Part shown: positions 14,769 to 29,705 of the stretch, piece by piece | How the letters are laid out: each line of letters begins with the position of its first letter | Numbering within the stretch: the stretch's first letter is position 1 | NCBI RefSeq assembly: GCF_009914755.1 | Contig: NC_060933.1 | Length of the DNA stretch: 64,000 nt | Direction: 5' to 3' (one strand) | Source of the DNA: the human T2T-CHM13v2.0 reference genome, Homo sapiens | Made by a program: the position numbers and the translations under genes | Notes under the pieces: generated by a model | Told to the model about the DNA's origin: nothing | Seen by the model: only the letters and a program-made list of their open reading frames with translations | Databases searched by the model: none

Positions 14769-17700
14769 GAAACACATTCTTCAATGTTCTGTAATTAGTT
14801 AGTGGAATAGACTATTTGTATGTTATTTATCTTGGTATGGGTTGCCTTTTATCAAACTTGTTCTACCAGTTAATAAAAACATTTGCATGTTATATAATAA
14901 AATACCTTTGTCCACAGTGGTATTATTTTCTTTGTATCTAATGAGCCAACTGAAAAAACTAAGTTTTCTGTTGATGCCAAATCTATTCATCCAGGGCACT
15001 CCCAGCTCTGCAACTTCAAAAGGGATAGGTAAACTTGGGTGAAAAACATTCATGGGAATGTATTTTGAAGAGATCAAGGTGTAACCTCAAACCAACATTA
15101 AACTGAAGGAAGAACTCTGTGGTAAGAAGTCCCACAGAGTAAGGAAGATAAAAATACTGCTTTAATTACTACTTCCTCACTATGGCCCAGAATTTTAATC
15201 TCTCAGATGAATGCTGTTCATTATTGAACAGGTGCAGATTGGAGAAACTCTGCCAGAACAGTGCATAGAAAAAAGGCAATACTGCATTGCCTTATTTTAA
15301 ACATGCCTGAAGGTGCATTTAGTTAGTAGACAGCATAGGTTATGTTGACTTTACTCTGTTTTGTTGGAAACCTCTCAAGTTTTTACATCTCTATCATCCA
15401 GGTTGAAATATAAAAGGTTTCAGTCATGACCCAAATGAAGCTCAATCTGTGCATATAGAACGTCTATTTTCGATGTTAAGTATCTTGGAATTATAAAATA
15501 CACTGGCTACTACATATGTTGCCAATAAAGTATTTGATGATACAACTTTCCCCTCTCTTTCTACCCAAGGGGCAGTCTCTTTTGAGAATCAAAAAGCCTG
15601 AGTTTTAGTGGTACAAATATATGCCAAATTGCTTTTATCAATACTGTTTTGTGAAATAATTTTAGCTTAAAGAAGAGAGTGGATGAAAGGAATAAGTTAT
15701 GCTCCAGGGCCTGGATATATTCTTATTCCCAGGTTAATCTGAGTATTGAGAATATTTGAGTATTGAGAATACTCACATGGAAATCATAAAAAGCCAAAAA
15801 TATAACCTCTGTGGAACACCTGTATAAACCAAACTTATATAGGTAACTTTGAACTACACAAGAGCTTTCTTCCGTCTTCTCCAGGCCTGTTTCTCAGGCT
15901 ACCTTCTCAGGGCTACCATGCTTCCCATGTCATCCTCTTCCTTGCTATGAGCTAAGAGGACCTTAAGGAGGACCTAAGAGGATGTCTTGTTTTCTTGCAT
16001 CTCAAGGACCTGCCACTGTGAAATAGCAACACTTTTGAATCATGAAAGAAAGGCAAAGAAAGTAACAGAGATGCTGGGCCTGACCACAATGAGCTGCTGA
16101 ACAAATGCCAACAGAGATCTATTTTCAGATGTCTGGTTATATAATAAAAATATCCCTCTATTGTTAAACTTTCTGTTACTTATTAGTGGGAGCATTCTTC
16201 ACTGAAAAAGATGTCCTGACTCCTGCTTGTTACTTTGAGATTTTTCATTAAGTTGATGACCAGGTTGGTCTATCATTGTCTGATATTTTCCTGTTGGCTT
16301 GGGCTAGCACACTGATGTCTGATTAAGTATATTTTTCTAGAAAATTAAAATATTTGTGAACAATTAGAACAATCTATCAAACTGGTCACTCTTTGGCCCA
16401 TTTCAGCAATTTATTTTTTTTTTTACTTTCAGAAAACTACCTCTTAATGGGGGGGGAGAGAGAGAGAGATTCTTTAACCTTTACTGAATCCTCTCCAAAA
16501 GAAGACTTCCATTCATACAAATAAAAACCCAATCATCATAAGATGGCAGGTTAGTACCAATCCCATTCCTCAATTTCTAAAATCTTTCCAAATCTCTTCC
16601 TTCAACCCAGCCCAGTCTTTTCCCTCTCTCTTGTCTTTGCACTGCTACCCTTCCTTTGTTACAAATAATTCCCGGCTCTGAGCAGTGAAAATCAATCTGG
16701 TGGATTTCAGCTGACAGGTATTACTTTTCCCTTCCACACTCACTACTCCAGGCCATACAAACAAGAAAAAAATTCTCACATGTGAGTAATGTGAGAAGTT
16801 GTAAGTATTCATCTGTCATTTTTCTTGTATTATAGCAAGGGATAATGTGTTTAAAAGAATACTATATTTAAAAGCAAGTGTTAAAGAACTATAAATAAGA
16901 AAGAAATATCTTATTATTATCACTTTATAGCATGACTCTGGTTTTTCATATTCCAAAAGATACCTTTAAGACTTATGTTGCTTTGGGTGTTGAAAATTCC
17001 TAGGTTTGTAATAGTCTTATAAGTTTAGAGCAGCACTTGGATATTTTGTTTGCTGCTACTGGTTTTGAAGTATTTGACAGCTCAGCGTTTCTGTCTCTGC
17101 TAATCTATGCTTAGCTCTAGCTAACTGCCTATTCCCTCTGATTCATTGCATGAAAGAGAAACAGTGGCTTTCTTAGTCATAAACCTGACTTCATATATCT
17201 TGACTGAAACTAAGGGATTCAAGATTCACAGCAAAATTATAAATGTAATTCATGGTTTCTCTGACTGCACTTTTCCCAGTCATGAGGTTTGGCCCTCACA
17301 GAGGCAAGGATATTTATCTTCCTTTAAGTATTTTCAAACCATGTACTAGTTCTATTTAAACTAAAATCTGCAGGCCTATTAAAATCGTTTTAGAGCCTTG
17401 TTTCTGCTAGGAATATCTAGTATGGATTGTTTCCAGTTTTAGAAATCAAGCCCTTTCTACTTCTGGACTATTTGAATACACATCTGAAGCAAACACATTA
17501 AAACATACTAACAGTGTCTTTTATGTAGCAATGAGACAATGAATCAATAATTTGTGCCATCTATTTCATGCTCAATTAAAAATATTTGAAATTATTTTCT
17601 ATATGGCAGAATTTTACAATTGGGAAGATCTTCTTTAATAAAAAAACTTGATGGATGAAAGTTTATTCTGTACTGTGAAAAAAATGGTCACTCAGGTCTA

Positions 17701-18031
17701 TTAGGAAAACACCTATTGACCATGGGGTAAAAATAACCTCAGCAGGGTTTTTGTAGATTCTAAAGGAAAAGAGGAGAAAATGATTAGGAGTAAGATCAAG
17801 TCTGTTGTTGGGAAAATTAGCTGTTATGTTGAAAATGTACTGCAACTTTTAAATTGGATAGACACATTTCTAACCACGTAATCTCATTCTTATTCATATA
17901 ATCATGTAATGCTCATACCTGGGTTGTAATGCCCTTTTCTTTTAAACCACAGTAGGATTCTAGGAAACTTAGATCTCCAGAACATCCTCCATAGGAGAGC
18001 TTAGTTCTGAAGCACTCATCTTCACTAGGAT

Positions 18032-18430
18032 ATCAGTAAAGACAGATGGGTTATGCTATGGAAACAAATCTCAACACTCAGGGCTTATTGCATACAAATT
18101 TACTCCTCTCTTGCCCACACAAAGTCATTTGTGGTTCAAGTAACTCTCTAGGACAGCTTCCTTCCAAACAGTGACTTGGAGATCCAGGTCCTTTTCTTTT
18201 TTTTCTTTTTAAATCTTCTAGCATTATCTTTTGGGACTGCAGTGATCACCATGGCAAGGGAAGAGAAATAACTCACACCGCCTCTTAAATGCCTCATCTC
18301 ATAGGTGATATATTATTGCTGTTCATATCCCATTGGTCAGGGTAGTCTTGTTGTCCCAAAATAACTACATGGAGACTGGGAAATGTGGAAAAGAGCATAG
18401 GGATATTTGGTGAGTTCTACGGTTTGTACC
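18032..18430 (-). mobile_element. Old MLT1 (K/L-like) LTR
   Basis: GGGTTATGCTATGGAAACAAA...CTCAGGGCTT...; TCATATCCCATTGGTCAG; GAGACTGGGAAATGT. Confidence 0.55.
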
Positions 18431-20498
18431 TCAGTCCACTTGCCCCTCTACATCCTCACCTGGGAAGAGTCCAGACACACCTCCCTTGACACAATTCCTA
18501 GCTCCCTCTTCTCTCAACACAACTCTTAAACCAACCCTTGCTGACGGTGGTGCTACAAGAGCTTTGCCTTGATACCTGTGGTACAGGGGAAAGGGAGCTG
18601 TTCTTGAGAGCTACCAAATCACAGCTGACTTTGGGTGAACAAGATATAAAGCTTTATATATTAAGCTGATGAGATTTCAGGGTTCATTTCACTACCACAA
18701 TATAATCTATCTTATCCTGAATAATATAATTGAGTAGAAAATGTCTTCTTTCTTGTGTTGCCTCTCCAAATCACCAACTTTGCCATACATTCTACCATTT
18801 GTATCCTTGAATCATCCCTCAGATTTATTAGAAACTTTTACAACAATCTTGGCTCTGTACTGATTCACAGCTTTGTCCTGGCTCTTCCTAGTTTGATGCT
18901 TTCTCCTGCCTCTTCTCAGTTCAATGCTTTCTGACATTTTTATTTTTCTATAGGAACATGTTTTCTTGTTGCCAAAGAGAAGCAGGAAAATATTGATCTG
19001 TAGGCAACTCTCAGTAATTAGGACTATAATTAGATCTCATCAAAACTGTTCATGCTAGATAAATTTGATGACATTGGAAAGTTTATGCCTGATTAGATTA
19101 TTTAATTTCTCTAGTATTATTGCTGTTACTGAGAACTCATAAGCGGAAATTCTTATGAAGGCAAAAGAATATATTTAAAGCCATGCTTTTGAAGGTGTGT
19201 TAAAACCTCAAAGATTACCTTTTAAAAACCCTGAGCATTAAATACCAGGATTCATGTATATTTTGGATTAAAGTTTCATCTTACCAAGCAATTAATCATA
19301 GCTTACCCTGTCTGTATTCTCTATTGCTTTTAATTCTTTTAGTCACACTGGGTGGGTAATTTTTTGTTTCACCAGGAACAATTCCAGGCAAGGGAGCACC
19401 AGGGGAAGTGACTACTTGTGTCATGCCTCTGATGACAAATCTTTTTAGGTAACCTTCAGCTCCTTCAGAGAGTCATAGAATTTCTTGGAGATACAAAGTT
19501 TCTGTAAGCATATTATTTTTTCATTATGTGAAAAGAAAAATAACCAAATGTTTAAGTTTGGGACTGCTCTCAGAAATAAACAATATGATTTTAACCATAT
19601 TTTGAATATTTTGTATTCATTTCAATAAATAAATGTAGAGGTCTTAATATGTTCAAATTATTATGTTAGGCCTTTTGGGGATTGGGGAGGGTCAGATAGT
19701 AACTTAGGCCTTTCCTTTCATGTACCCACATTCTTAAACTACATTTAAAAACAGAGTTACAGTTACAGGATCACCTTCATCAGAGCCAATAGGTAAAACA
19801 ATAGAAATTATATTGTAAAAATAGGAAATTTTAAGTTAACATTTCCCTCATAGTAGAAAACATATGTTTTACAAACTATGTCATCACTGGAATATGATAA
19901 AATGATACAGCAGTTCCTTCCCACATTTTCATATGAATCATTCATATAACGTAACCTTTCTCCCAGTCTTCCAGTTGCAGGTCAGGGCAAGGGCGCCCTT
20001 TCTCACTCTGGAAACTGCTTGATCATTGGAGCAGCACCTTAGGTAGCTGAATGACTCAGGATTGCCTAGGGGATTCGAGGATTAGACAGCTTAAATGTAT
20101 CCTGGTTAATTCTTGATTTGAATTATTCCAATTGTTGGTTTTCATTAATGGGTAGGAAAATCTTTTTCTGGAAACTTTTCAACCCAGTAATGTGAGCTTC
20201 AAGATCCTGATAATATGAGTGGATTTTCTAGCACCTACATTAAACTCAGATTGCACAATCAAGTTTTCACTTAAATGTAAAAGAACCCAGAGACAATGTT
20301 GAGGAGATGGAGCCTATTTTTTCCAATGCATTACTACATATTTAATACTCTGATAAAACTGCTGGGTTTCTTTCTCATATCAATATATGTCAAACCAATG
20401 TGTTATATGTATTACAAGATTCAATGTGCTCCATGTTCCTCCGTTATCCTTGATTTTCTCTTCAAATACTTACTTCAAGAGGAGTTATTCATTTAGAA

Positions 20499-20739
<241 letters not shown>

Positions 20740-20929
20740 CTAATGAAATTGCAGGTAGGGTAGATGTACAATATTTAGGGTCAAATAAACAGCCTTCTTT
20801 GGCAGAATGATTTTAAAATTTTTTTCATAGTTGAAGCACCATAAGTATGATTCATAAATATACTAAATAGAAATACCTTTAGTGAAAAGAATATTGAGCT
20901 TCATGGGCTATGACTTAGGTTAATTGAAG

Positions 20930-21340
20930 TATCATCCAGGATTCCAACAGAATAAGGAATGACATACTGAAACAGGATAATTGATGAGATTTCTATAGAG
21001 AGAATTTCTTAAAGGTATGGGATGGGGTTTTTCCAAAAACAATGAAGAACAGTACTGTGTCCAAGGACTAGTGCTAGCAAGGAGCTATTACTAACCACAG
21101 GCCGGAAAGACCAGGGAAAGAACAGTTATCATAGCCCAGAGAGAGCAGCTATATGGAGAAGGCCATTCAACTAAAATCTCCAAATCTCCTGCTTGTGCCT
21201 TCCTTTGGCCAAACTCAACAGGAGGTTAGAGAGAAAGGAAGCCATCAAGGTAGCCCCTAAATATCAATTCTCCAGAATACACAGCAGGGTAAAAAATTGT
21301 GTAGAGTCAATTTGAGAAAGGAGGAAAAACAGAAACATCT
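20930..21340 (-). mobile_element. LTR33-like ERVL LTR
   Basis: CTCCTGCTTGTGCCTTCCTTTGGCCAAACTCAACAGGAGGTTAGAG...ACACAGCAGGGT pattern. Confidence 0.55.
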
Positions 21341-21916
21341 AGCAAATTATACAATTAAAACAGTTAAATGGCATGGTTGATTTTTGGCTAAGCTGGACTC
21401 CATGCGCCCCTCTTATCAGACAGCATTTCTTCTCTTCTTGTTTACCCATAGGCTCATACATTCGACATTGTTTTCATTTACTGATATATGTGAATGCTTT
21501 CTTGGGGAAGAAGAAACATATTTTGGAGGTTGGCAGGAGGACCTTAAGTAGTAAAACAAATCAAAGTTGGAATAATGTCTATCTCTTACATGGTTCATTG
21601 GATTCATTTTGAGACAACATGGAGAAGTCAGTAAGATACAGTGAGAAACCAGGGGATGAATATAAAGAGATTTCAGAGCCCACGTGTAAAAATGAGGAGT
21701 TGAGGTAAACTGTTTTCCCTATCTCTGCATGGAATCCAGGAATATTTTGGCAACTCCAAGACTGGAAGCTACGAAAGCATCTGGAAACAATACTATTGGC
21801 ACAACTATTGAACTCATGATGATGAGTGGCAATGGTAAGGCTTTCTCAAAGGTCTTCATGAATAGTAGAATTAAACCACAAATGAGACCTGGTGGAAAGA
21901 AACACCAGGACAGACA

Positions 21917-22103
21917 TAGTGGCATGTTGGTAATATTTAACAACCCCTCACCAAGGTTAGGGAAAAGCCCTAGCTTGTCATGTTTTCTACCACAGCCAAT
22001 TTCAAGTTACCAACAATCACTGAGCTTGGATTTGGGGATTTGGGAAGAAATGTGCACAACTGGATCTGCTGAGCTGCTAGGAAGCCACTCTAGCACAGTA
22101 CTG
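21917..22103 (-). mobile_element. MER63A-like hAT (Blackjack) MITE
   Basis: TIR-like TAGTGGCATGTTGGTAA...CTAGCACAGTACTG; internal AATTTCAAGTTACCAAC and TTGGGAAGAAATGTGCACAA. Confidence 0.65.
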
Positions 22104-24623
22104 GCTACAGGCCCCATATCCTTATTGTAGCCGAAAACTGACTTCGAGTACATATGAGATGCTTTTTAAGTGACCATGCACTTTCATGGGCATTACTTTC
22201 TACCAGTCAAGTGGTGGTTGCTGTCATGACTTAGCAATAAAAATAATATACTACTTAATCAATTTCCCAATTGTCTCATATCAATCTGATCTGAGGTATT
22301 TGGGCAACTTAAATTATATGTCATAATTCTAAGAATTTATAAAGGTATGCTGATGGCCTTTATGTGTAAAATAAAAAAGAATACAAATGGGATGGAGCAA
22401 TACAGTGTCTAACACAAGGTCATATGGACCCTGTATATTTGTTTCTTTTGCTACTTTGCAACCACCAATATTTCTCCTGCTTTGACTTGGGTTGTTTCCC
22501 TTTTGAGTTTGCTTTAGTGACTCTCTCTTCCTTACTTAACATAATTGTTTCCTTAACTTCTCCGGAATTTTTTTCAAGGTAGTGGGTGACTGTTCATGCC
22601 TGGTTTGACTCAACAGTGGCTTCTGAATTTGCATAAGTAAGGGAATATGAATTGTTCTAGCTCCATCTTCTCTTTCCTGGTTGTAACATTCCCAGCTTCA
22701 AATAGACTCATACCTGCCTTTGTATCCCCTCAGATTATTGCTAGTCAGCTGTGCCCTCTGATTCTGCCACCTGACAGGTTCTTGAAACTTCCTGGCAGTC
22801 TGCTTCAGGTTACATAGATTATGACACATCCTACTGAGAAATTAAATTGCTGCAAAATATTAAACCAGAGACATCTATTTCAAAAGCTCTATGTAGGCAA
22901 AGTGTGTCTTTTTCACAACTCTACATCCACCTTCAGTGTCATTTTACTATTTATTGTCTGTTTTGTGTTCTATAATATAGCAAACAAGCAAGTGCATGTC
23001 TCTTAAATCAGACGTGATAAAGCTATCATCAGGAAGACTAGGAATATCAACTGCTAGTGGCTTTCTACTGGGGGAATACAAGGGGTTGGGAGATATTTTG
23101 GAACAGGGTTAATCGCCTTGTTTTCCAGCAATCATATCAAAAATTAAGTCACATCTACCTGGTTAAAAAAAACAGTTTTGTAGTAATTTATTTTTGTATT
23201 TGGTGTTGAAACTTCTAATGTTTCTGAAGAATTTGAAAAATTAATTCCTGCATTTAGTCAACAAATATTGATTTAATGTGGACACTTTAGGAATAAAAAT
23301 ACGAATCAGATACAGATTTTTCCTTCCAGGACAGTAGACTCTCCTAAGAGAAATACACCATGTACACATGGAACAATGCTAGAAACTAGGATGTAAAAAG
23401 TCCTTTTACATAGAAAGGGCTATGAGAAAAGTAATAATAAAGATAAGAAAAGAGAAAAAAATCTTTTCAGGTAGGAGATTACAAGAAGACATTTGGAGGA
23501 CTGGTGTGTCCATCTGTTTCTGTTGGGGGTGAAATAGTAAGTGGGGGCATTTCTCATAGAATATAAATTTTGAGACACTTAAAAGAACAACGAACAAGTT
23601 GTTTTATCTGGAATACAATAGTTATTACAAAGCATAACAGAAGGAACTGAATTAGAAAGGGACAGTGCATCTAGACAGTGGTATTCTTCAATAATTACGG
23701 TGTGAACTCATTAAAGGTATTTGATCAGAAACCTGGATAATTCAGAATTATTCATGAGGACAATTTAATCTGGTGACAACACATAATTATAGGGAAGAGG
23801 GGAAAGGTAACATTAGAGAAGGGAAACCCTAACAGAAGGCTATTGCAAATATAACAAAGCAAAAGCAGTGATATTCTAAATGATGATAAGCTCAGTGAGA
23901 ATAGAGGGAGAGATGAGATAGAGAGGGATCAGTTATCAGCATTTATTGAGCATTTACTCTATGCTAGGCACTGTGCAGAGAATTCTGTATGGATTATCTC
24001 ATTTTAACTACAGAACAAGCTTATGAGGTAATATGAAAGAAATAAAGCTTTGCATTTTGTTTACAGTCAGGAAACAGCCAAAGACTGCCTTTTACACTTT
24101 CATAAGATGAGCTGCTCCTGTGTGAACTGCTTTCCCTCATACAAGAGGCTACAGATTAGTTGGAAGATCAAATAAGATAAAAGAAAAAAAGAACTCTGAA
24201 CTTATTCATAAGCTGCCGTTAATAAATGGTAAACTATATGAACTAACATTATTTCATACAGCAGACTATTAAGATTTCAATACTTTTTTAAAAAAAACAA
24301 TGATTTCTAGGTTTTAGAGTTAATACAAAATAATGGCCTCTTGGCAACATGATTTGGTGCATCAGAGAGTCTTTATTATCTTTTTACATTGGAGGTCAAA
24401 AAAGATGGAGAAAGAATCTTTAATTTATGATAAAGGACAAGAAATGTTCTAATTTTATTTCTATTTCATCATGGCAACCAAGGCAATTTGTAGGACAAAA
24501 CCTGAGTGAAGTATGTGTTTAGTTTTATAAGTTTGATTTATATCTATCTAAGGCTCCTGGCTCAGTCTGATTGTTATTTATTATTACTTTTCAATAAAAG
24601 CTAATTTTTAATCTCAAGAAAGA

Positions 24624-25980
24624 ATATATATACACACATATATATGTGTATATACACACATATATATGTATATATACACATATATACACACATATATGTG
24701 TATATACACATATATACATACATATATATGTGTATATACACATATATACACACTATATATGTGTATATACACATATATATACACACACATGTGTATATAC
24801 ACATATATACACACTATATATGTGTATATACACATATATACACACACATATGTGTATATACATATATATACACACACATATGTGTATATACATATATATA
24901 CACACACATATGTGTATATACATATATATACACACATATATGTGTATACATATACACACATATATGTATATACATATACACACATATATGTATATATACG
25001 TATATATACATATACACACATATATGTATATATACGTATATATACATATACACACATATATGTATATATACGTATATATACGTATATACACACATATATG
25101 TATATATACGTATATATACGTATATACACACATATATGTATATATACGTATGCACACATATGTATATATACGTATATACACACACATATATGTATATATA
25201 CGTATATACACACACATATATGTATATATACGTATATACACACACATATATGTATATATACGTATATACACACACATATGTATATATACGTATATACACA
25301 CACACATATGTATATATGCGTATATACACACACATATGTATATATGCGTATATACACACACATATGTATATATGCGTATATACACACACATATGTATATA
25401 TGCGTATATATACACACATATGTATATATGCGTATATATACACACATATGTATATATGCGTATATATACACACATATATGTATATATGCGTATATATACA
25501 CACATATATGTATATATACGTATATACACACATATATGTATATATACGTATATATACACACATATATGTATATATACGTATATATACACACATATATGTA
25601 TATATACGTATATATACACACATATATGTATATATACGTATATATACACACATATATGTATATATACGTATATATACACACATATATGTATATATACGTA
25701 TATATACACACATATATGTATATATACGTATATATACACACATATATGTATATATACGTATATATACACACATATATGTATATATACGTATATATACACA
25801 CATATATGTATATATACGTATATATACACACATATATGTATATATACGTATATATACACACATATATGTATATATACGTATATATACACACATATATGTA
25901 TATATACGTATATATACACACATATATGTATATATACGTATATATATATATAGTGTGTGTGTGTGTATGTGTGTGTGTAT
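24624..25980. repeat. ~1.35 kb (TA/CA/TG/CG) compound minisatellite/VNTR with 13 perfect 30-bp units at 25531-25920
   Basis: Unit CATATATGTATATATACGTATATATACACA read directly. Confidence 0.97.
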
Positions 25981-26366
25981 GGCAATGATTTGAATGCCTC
26001 TTCTGAAACTCATGTTGCCATTTAATTGCCATTGTGACAGTATTAAGAGGTAGAACTGTTATGAGGTGATTAAGTCAGGATGGCTCCACCCCATGAATGA
26101 ATTAATGTCGTTATTGCAGGAGTGGGCTCATTATTGCAACAGTGGGAATTTATAAAAGCCAGTTTGGTTCTCTCTTGCTTGCTCTCATGCTCTCTTGCAC
26201 TTCCGCCTTCCACCATGGGATGATGCAGCATGAGAGCCCTCACCAGATCCTGGCACCTTGCTCTTGACTTTCCAGCCTCCAGAACTATGAACCAAACAAA
26301 TTCTGTTCATTATAAATTACCTGGTTTGTGGGTATTCTATTACAGCAACATAAAATGGATAAAGAC

Positions 26367-26367
<1 letters not shown>
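25980..26367 (+). mobile_element. MSTB-like MaLR solo LTR
   Basis: GATTTGAATG...AAACTCATGTTG...; CCTTCCACCATGGGATGATGCAGCA...GCCCTCACCAGAT; 3' TATTCTATTACAGCAACATAAAATGGA. Confidence 0.8.
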
Positions 26368-26410
<43 letters not shown>

Positions 26411-26630
26411 AATATATATTCATATTATATACTTAACTGTATTCAATATTAGCATCTCAATTTTACAGGTTAAAAAATATTCTGAAGATTAGTTAGCTAA
26501 ATAGCATACTCAAGGTTGTACAGTAAGTAAAAGATTCAGAAATTTAAGATAATTATTTACTTATTTATGGATCTTTCAATTTATTTATGTATATTACACC
26601 ATAAAAAAACCACCTTAATGAAGACAGGTA

Positions 26631-27124
26631 CAGTTGACCCTTGAACAGCATGTGGGTTCGGAGTGCCAACCCTTTGTATAGTCAGAAATCTGAGTAGAAC
26701 TTTTAACTCTCCAAAAACCTAACTGCTAAATAGCCTGCTGTTAACTGGAAGCCTTTCCAATAACATAAACTGTTGATTGACACATGTTTGTATGTTATAT
26801 GTATATATACTGAATTTTTACAATAAAGTAAGCTAGAAAAAATGTTATTAAGAAAATCATAAGGAAGAGAAGACATATTTCTTCTCAATGGAAGTGCAGC
26901 ATCATAAAGGCCTTCATCCTTCTCATCCTTAGGTTGAGTAGACTAAGGAGGAGAAGGAACAAGAAGGGTTAGTGTTGCTGTCTCAGGGGTGGCAGAGAAA
27001 GAGGTAGACAGGTAGAAGGGGAGGCAGGAGAGGCAGGCACACTTGATGTAACTTTTACTGAAAAAAAATTAATGTATTAAGTGGCCGTATGCAGTTCAAA
27101 CCCATGCTGTTCAAGGATTAACTG
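26631..27124. mobile_element. Tigger2a/MER28-like DNA transposon
   Basis: TIRs CAGTTGACCCTTGAACAGCATG and CATGCTGTTCAAGGATTAACTG, with a 5' TA. Confidence 0.85.
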
Positions 27125-27529
27125 TGTATGGACTGTTTTTCACTCCTATATTTTCAGTACCTAAAACATTTCCTGGCTAAATCAATATGGTTGCATAGAT
27201 AAATGAAGGCAAGTAGTATGACCTCTGAATCACTATTCTCAGCCACTGAATACTGCAGCTTCTCTGGAGACACTCAGAGACTTGGATGGATGAGGAATAA
27301 GGGTGAGGTGCTGTAAGTCAGAGAAAACTAGGATGACACACACATGAGTAAGAACAGGTTTAAATGAGATAATATTACAATATTAGAATATATGCTGATT
27401 TGTGTGCTCACCAAATGTTTGCCTTTTCAGTTCACACCTTGTCCAACTTTGTAACAGTTATGGACTTTTGGGTTTTTTTCCTCACAATAAGCCTATGTTC
27501 TGTAAGCATGAAGTTATTGTGTTTTAAGA

Positions 27530-27705
27530 TTTTTAAAAAAATTTTACTTTAATTTCTAGGATACATGTGCTGAACGTGCAGGTTCGTTACATAGGTATAC
27601 GTATGCCATGGTGGTTTGCTGCACCTATCAACCCATCATCTAGTTTTTAAGCCCTGCATGCATTAGATATTTGTCCTAATGCTCTCCCTCCGCTTCCCCC
27701 CACTC
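27530..27705 (-). mobile_element. L1PA (about L1PA8) 3' end
   Basis: ATACATGTGCTGAACGTGCAGGTTCGTTACATAGGTATAC...GGTGGTTTGCTGCACC. Confidence 0.85.
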
Positions 27706-28504
27706 TTTTTCCTATATGTGTTAATTGGAGATTGGCTGAATTGGAAAGTTAATATTTTTGTCTATATTTAGTTTCTAGGATTTAAATACTAACTCAGTTT
27801 TGTTTCCTGGGAATAAAATTGTCTCTTTATTGTATTATAACATGAGATTTTGATGTTTTAATTTGTAGATTTAAAAGTTAATTCACACTGGTTGTGAATA
27901 AAGCATTTGTGAAACTAACATAAAAATAGTTTCCCATACAAAATATAATGTCCATGCAATATTTATTTAAAAGTTTATTTTAGCTCCGGAAAGGTGTTGA
28001 AGATTATTCTATTAAAAGTTGAATTGTGTTTGGGATATTTTCTATTGTATGGGTATAAACAATGTCCCCACATAAATTCATTCTTGAAGATAACCCAAAG
28101 CCCCTTTTACATTAATTTCTCATGTCACTTATAAAGTAACATGCAACATTTTCAATTTCTATTATTAAAAATAGTACTAAATGATTTCACATCAATTCTT
28201 ATATTTGACAGAATAAAAATATAATCACCTAATTTTTGTATATATTTATATAAAATATTCCTAATTTGAATAAAAAATACTATACCACATTTACCATTTT
28301 GTATCTCTTTCTATTAAGAACTGCATCTCTATGTTTTGTTCTTAAAAGTTTGAAAGCTGGATCATCATTCTTGTAATTTTTTTAGATAATAAGAAAGATG
28401 TTAGGTATATTAATTTTGGAGTTAAAGATTCATAGTAAATATCTTTTGCAGGCAATGAATATGTAAAATTATAATCCCAGGTAAAGATAACAACCATACA
28501 AACA

Positions 28505-28856
<352 letters not shown>

Positions 28857-29705
28857 TTACTATATGGTAGAATGTCATTCAATGAGTCATTATATTAATT
28901 AGATTTGGAAATATAAAATTATGTACAATCAGATTTAACAAAGTAGACTAAAATATGGGTCTTATTATTAGTCCTTTATGGAAGCAAAGAGGTTCTGCCA
29001 CTTGTGTGATTGTTTACTGCATTTTTTTCTTACATATAGACAACAATTCTCAAAGTTGGCTATGCATTTTGTTTTTTAGGACTGTGATGGAAATCCCTGT
29101 GTGTGCAGTTAAGAAAACAGAATTTAATATATATTAAACTAAGCAGAGGCTTTAATAGTAATCAATCAACTAAGTGTTCTTTTTATTCTTCCAGTATCCT
29201 AGACTTTCCTTATCCTCGGTTAATGTTGTACCTGGTGGTCTAAATTGATCATTCTGTGGGGGACACATTTCCTCAGCCTTGAAGGAACTGTGCTCTTGGT
29301 ACCCTGCCCTCATCCTACTACAGCTGCTGTATTTACTCATTCACTTTTATCAGCAGGTGGAGAAACGTCAAGATGTATCCAAATGATCTTCCCGGGTCCA
29401 TAGTTGATACTCTATTATATAAAAGCTATCCTGGGTAAACTTTTTAGAGCAGCCTACATTGACCAAGTATGAGTGGCAATTTCAGGTTCCTTTTCTGGAA
29501 AAAACAGGATGTCTAATGGAGCAAAAGCTAAAATTGTGAGGACAGAAATCAGGTGTTCTGCAAATGGTTTCCTGGCAATGAAGGCTTAGGGCCAGAGAAG
29601 ACACCATGGGTGCTCTTCCCTCTGATGGCTCTTTCACTACATTCATAGCTGCCTCAGTGTGCTCTCAGTCCCATGAGACAGCACCCTGTGATTATCAGTG
29701 GCTGC

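Noticed and set aside
19989-20000. 12-bp palindrome AAGGGCGCCCTT near an AP-1 site (20052)
   Set aside because: Palindromes of this length are expected by chance in 64 kb
21729-22130. 133-aa ORF
   Set aside because: No recognisable domain; its second half is a MER63-like transposon
25531-25920. Regular 30-bp repeats as a CRISPR-like array
   Set aside because: No unique spacers, eukaryotic context; a simple tandem minisatellite
24614-26032. Six overlapping 399-472 aa ORFs (Y/I/H/T/V/C/M-rich) in all frames
   Set aside because: All stop codons need two adjacent purines, so a strictly alternating RY repeat is stop-free by construction; three of these ORFs end exactly at the breaks in alternation (24753, 24814, 25953)
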